In this document: piece by piece, positions 61,330-64,000 of the stretch
Numbering within the stretch: the stretch's first letter is position 1
How the letters are laid out: each line of letters starts with the position of its first letter
From: Callorhinchus milii
Taxonomy: Eukaryota
DNA: 64,000 nucleotides
Assembly (NCBI RefSeq): GCF_018977255.1
Contig: NW_024704742.1
Location: 61,072,001-61,136,000, forward strand
Direction: 5' to 3'
Translations under genes and position numbers: made by a program
The notes under the pieces: model-generated
Told to the model about the DNA's origin: nothing
Database searches by the model: none
The model's input: only the letters and a program-made list of their open reading frames with translations

Positions 61330-61993
61330 ATTGCCTTTGTTCCTCCGGGTCTGACCTCCTCCTTGTCCCCCAAGTCCTCTGCTCACCCTCGGCGGCTGTG
61401 CCTTCAGTCACTATGCCCTGAGGCTCTGGAATTCCCTTCCTCACTCCCTTCGCCTTGCCCCCTCGCTTCCTATTTTCAGGTCTCTGCTGAAGACCTTTCT
61501 TTTCGACCGCGCCTTTGGTCACCTTCCTCCCCCTCCCCCGGCTCGGCCCCGGGATCCGTTAGTGTGAAGCGCTCTGAGACATCGTCCGGCGTGGAGGGGG
61601 CTGTATAAATCCAAGTTGTTGTTGTAGCTCTCTGACCTACTGACTCCCTACGAGCCTGCCCGCTCCCTCCGTTCATCGGGCTCCGACCTGCTCCATGTCT
61701 CCCGCCCGACCTGCCCTACCATTGGTGGCCGGGCTTTCAGCCTCTCTGCTCCCACACTCTGGAACTCCATTCCATGGTCCCTTTGCATCGCTTCCTCCCT
61801 TTCCTCCTTCAAGGCCGGTCACAAGACCTTTCTCTTCGACCGTGCCTTTGATCTCCCTCCCATCTTTCTGCTTCCCTCACCCCTACAACACCCCCCGCCC
61901 CAGTGCCCGGGCCCCGACACCTGACTGTTCAGCGCTTTGGGACGTCCTCCCGACGTGAAAGGCGCTCTATAAATGTAATTTTTGTTGTTGTTG
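61330..61993 (+). mobile_element. Tandem L2 3' ends: family B (61330-61625) then family A (61626-61993)
   Basis: Two distinct 3' UTR/stem-loop tails, each ending in (TTG)n. Confidence 0.9.
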
Positions 61994-63629
61994 TACATAA
62001 TGTGATATGTTGGCATCTTGTCTTTCAAACCCTCATCCTGAACCAAAGCTACTTCTCCACCTTCAGTATATCACCCAGCTTCATTCTCACTACACCTTTA
62101 ATGAAACCAAAATCCTCCTTCAAGTATTTGTGGCCTCCTGACTGGAGATGCAAACGTTTTATTTGCCGACCTCCTAAGCTTGATCCTCAACAAGCTCTTA
62201 ACTCTTCCTCAATGGAAGTAATGTATTTCTACAGTGATACTATCCAGGAGATTTATCCATCTGCAGGGTATTGTCTGAATATTTCCAAAAGGACTCCACG
62301 TCTTTTGGAAAGTATTAGGCAATGTTTCAGAAAGGCTTAAAGTTTGAGCGTTGGTTGTTGATCCATAATATTTTCAAGAAAATGTACTGTAGGAAACCCA
62401 GTTAATCTTAGTTAAAATGCAGTCCTAGATTTAGTGTCATATAACAGAGTCGCTTCTGTTTTGTAGACAGTTTGCACTTCACTGCATTGAGATGGGGGGT
62501 CAATGATCACTCTCAATAAACCTGTCTGTAAATTGACTGACTGACTTTCAATAATGGAACAAAGTTAGTCTTAATAAACCGTTAGTTATCCTGGATGAGT
62601 TGTAACTTCTTACTGCTAAATGTCATCAAGACTGATGCTCTTCTGCATGGCTTCTGTCAGCTCCTTGTCATCTCAAATGCTGGCTGCATTGATCTGCTTG
62701 GATGCTCACTACACCTCATGGAGCCGGTGTGGAATCTTGGTGTTTTGTTTGACCCCCATCTGTTTTTCGAACCTTGTTAATAAGTAGTATCTGATTGTAC
62801 ATAAGTAAACTGTTGTGCAAGGAAAAACAGCCACTCTGGTTTGGAGCTGTTTCCTGGCTCTTTGAAAATGCCTGAAATGTCAGATTTGTTTAAATTCCTA
62901 AATTGTATCCCATTTTGTCCTTGATTTGTGTGATCTTCTGCACTCGCACATTTTCTGTGTAAGATGTTTTAATTGTACTCTTAAAACTACCCAACAAAAT
63001 AAGTAAACAAAGATCAGGATATCAATTTGTGTAAAGTCCATGCCAATAGTTTTTCTTTATAATGAATGCCAATGAATTTTAAAAAAATATTAATACATAG
63101 ACCTCCACTGTCTACTCATGTGCAGTACCTCCGACTGAAATCTGCTATTTAGCTTCTAGATATGAAACCAAAATGAACTCGGTAATGAAGTTATTGGAAT
63201 TTCTCCTTTTATTTTGACTTTAATTTAGCTCTATTCATTTTGATGAACTTTCTCCTTCTTTTTCTACTTGGTGTCTGTTACCTTCATACTTAAACACTGT
63301 TGTTTGCCTGGTTTAGCCATGAAGTGGATATGTTATGTGTAGCATTAATTTTGCCTGAAGGGGATTATCTTCCTGCAACAACCCACTGACCTAACGTACT
63401 GCATGCTCTTGTAGCTTTAAACACATTTCATGATTTGAAATAGACTACAAGGTTCACCTCCAGAATGACTAAGACTGAAAAGCATATGTTAGGCATTTCA
63501 TTTAGATTGGATTGTTATGTTGTCAGATCTTAATCTAGTAGAAATTGTGAAATTAACTGGAACAATCTCACAAAATCTCTAGCTCTGACAAAGTAATAAA
63601 TAATCCTTGCATAAGACCTTGCATAGATC

Positions 63630-64000
63630 TTATGAGCAGGGACTGGAGGAACTGGAACTTATTCCATTGGAACAGAGAAGGCTGAGGGCCAAACTGATAG
63701 ATATCTTCAAAATTATGACGGGTTTTTATAGGCAATAGGTAGAAATTATTTCAACTGGTCAGTAAGTTTGACTAGAGGTCATGAATTTAAACAAACAAGC
63801 AAATGGGGAGGTTAGAAGAATTCTATTCATGCAGAATAGTTAGAATGTGGAATATCCCATGGGAGCGATAATTGAGGCAGAATCCATATTAGCTTTCAAA
63901 AGGGGACAAAATAAATACTAAGAAGTAGTAGGCTAAACAGCAAGTAAATAGGACTGAAAGAATTGCTCTTCAAAGAGCCAGCACAGACACAATGGGCCAA
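63630..64000 (+). mobile_element. CR1 3' fragment, running off the window end
   Basis: EQRRLR..LIDIFKIM and TRGHEFK motifs; ttgctcttcaaagagccagcacagacacaatgggcc 3' UTR. Confidence 0.85.

Overview
Repeat-rich, apparently non-coding vertebrate genomic DNA, most consistent with a cartilaginous fish (chimaera/shark lineage). That assignment rests on the mix of CR1 and L2 LINEs, SacSINE1-like DeuSINEs and a young tRNA-Ala-derived SINE. I recognise no intact protein-coding gene. The long ORFs in the track are decayed LINE fragments or mini/microsatellite artefacts. A CpG-containing, promoter-like stretch at ~7.3-8.3 kb, with two G-quadruplex-prone minisatellites on opposite strands nearby, may be the 5' end of a + strand gene whose large intron fills the rest of the window (inference). 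Main elements are a nearly full-length decayed CR1 (zinc finger + SGNH-esterase ORF1, APE/RT ORF2) with two nested L2 insertions, two L2 families, long and short subfamilies of an L2-tailed SINE, and hAT-type and other MITEs. Unexplained items are (i) an unidentified hairpin-rich dispersed repeat in five copies, (ii) several long fold-back hairpins whose mismatches are strongly biased to G-U-compatible pairs on the + strand, and (iii) a ~260-bp direct repeat with codon-periodic divergence around a decayed coding-like segment. I found no clear novel multi-gene system. Repeat boundaries are by-eye and approximate.
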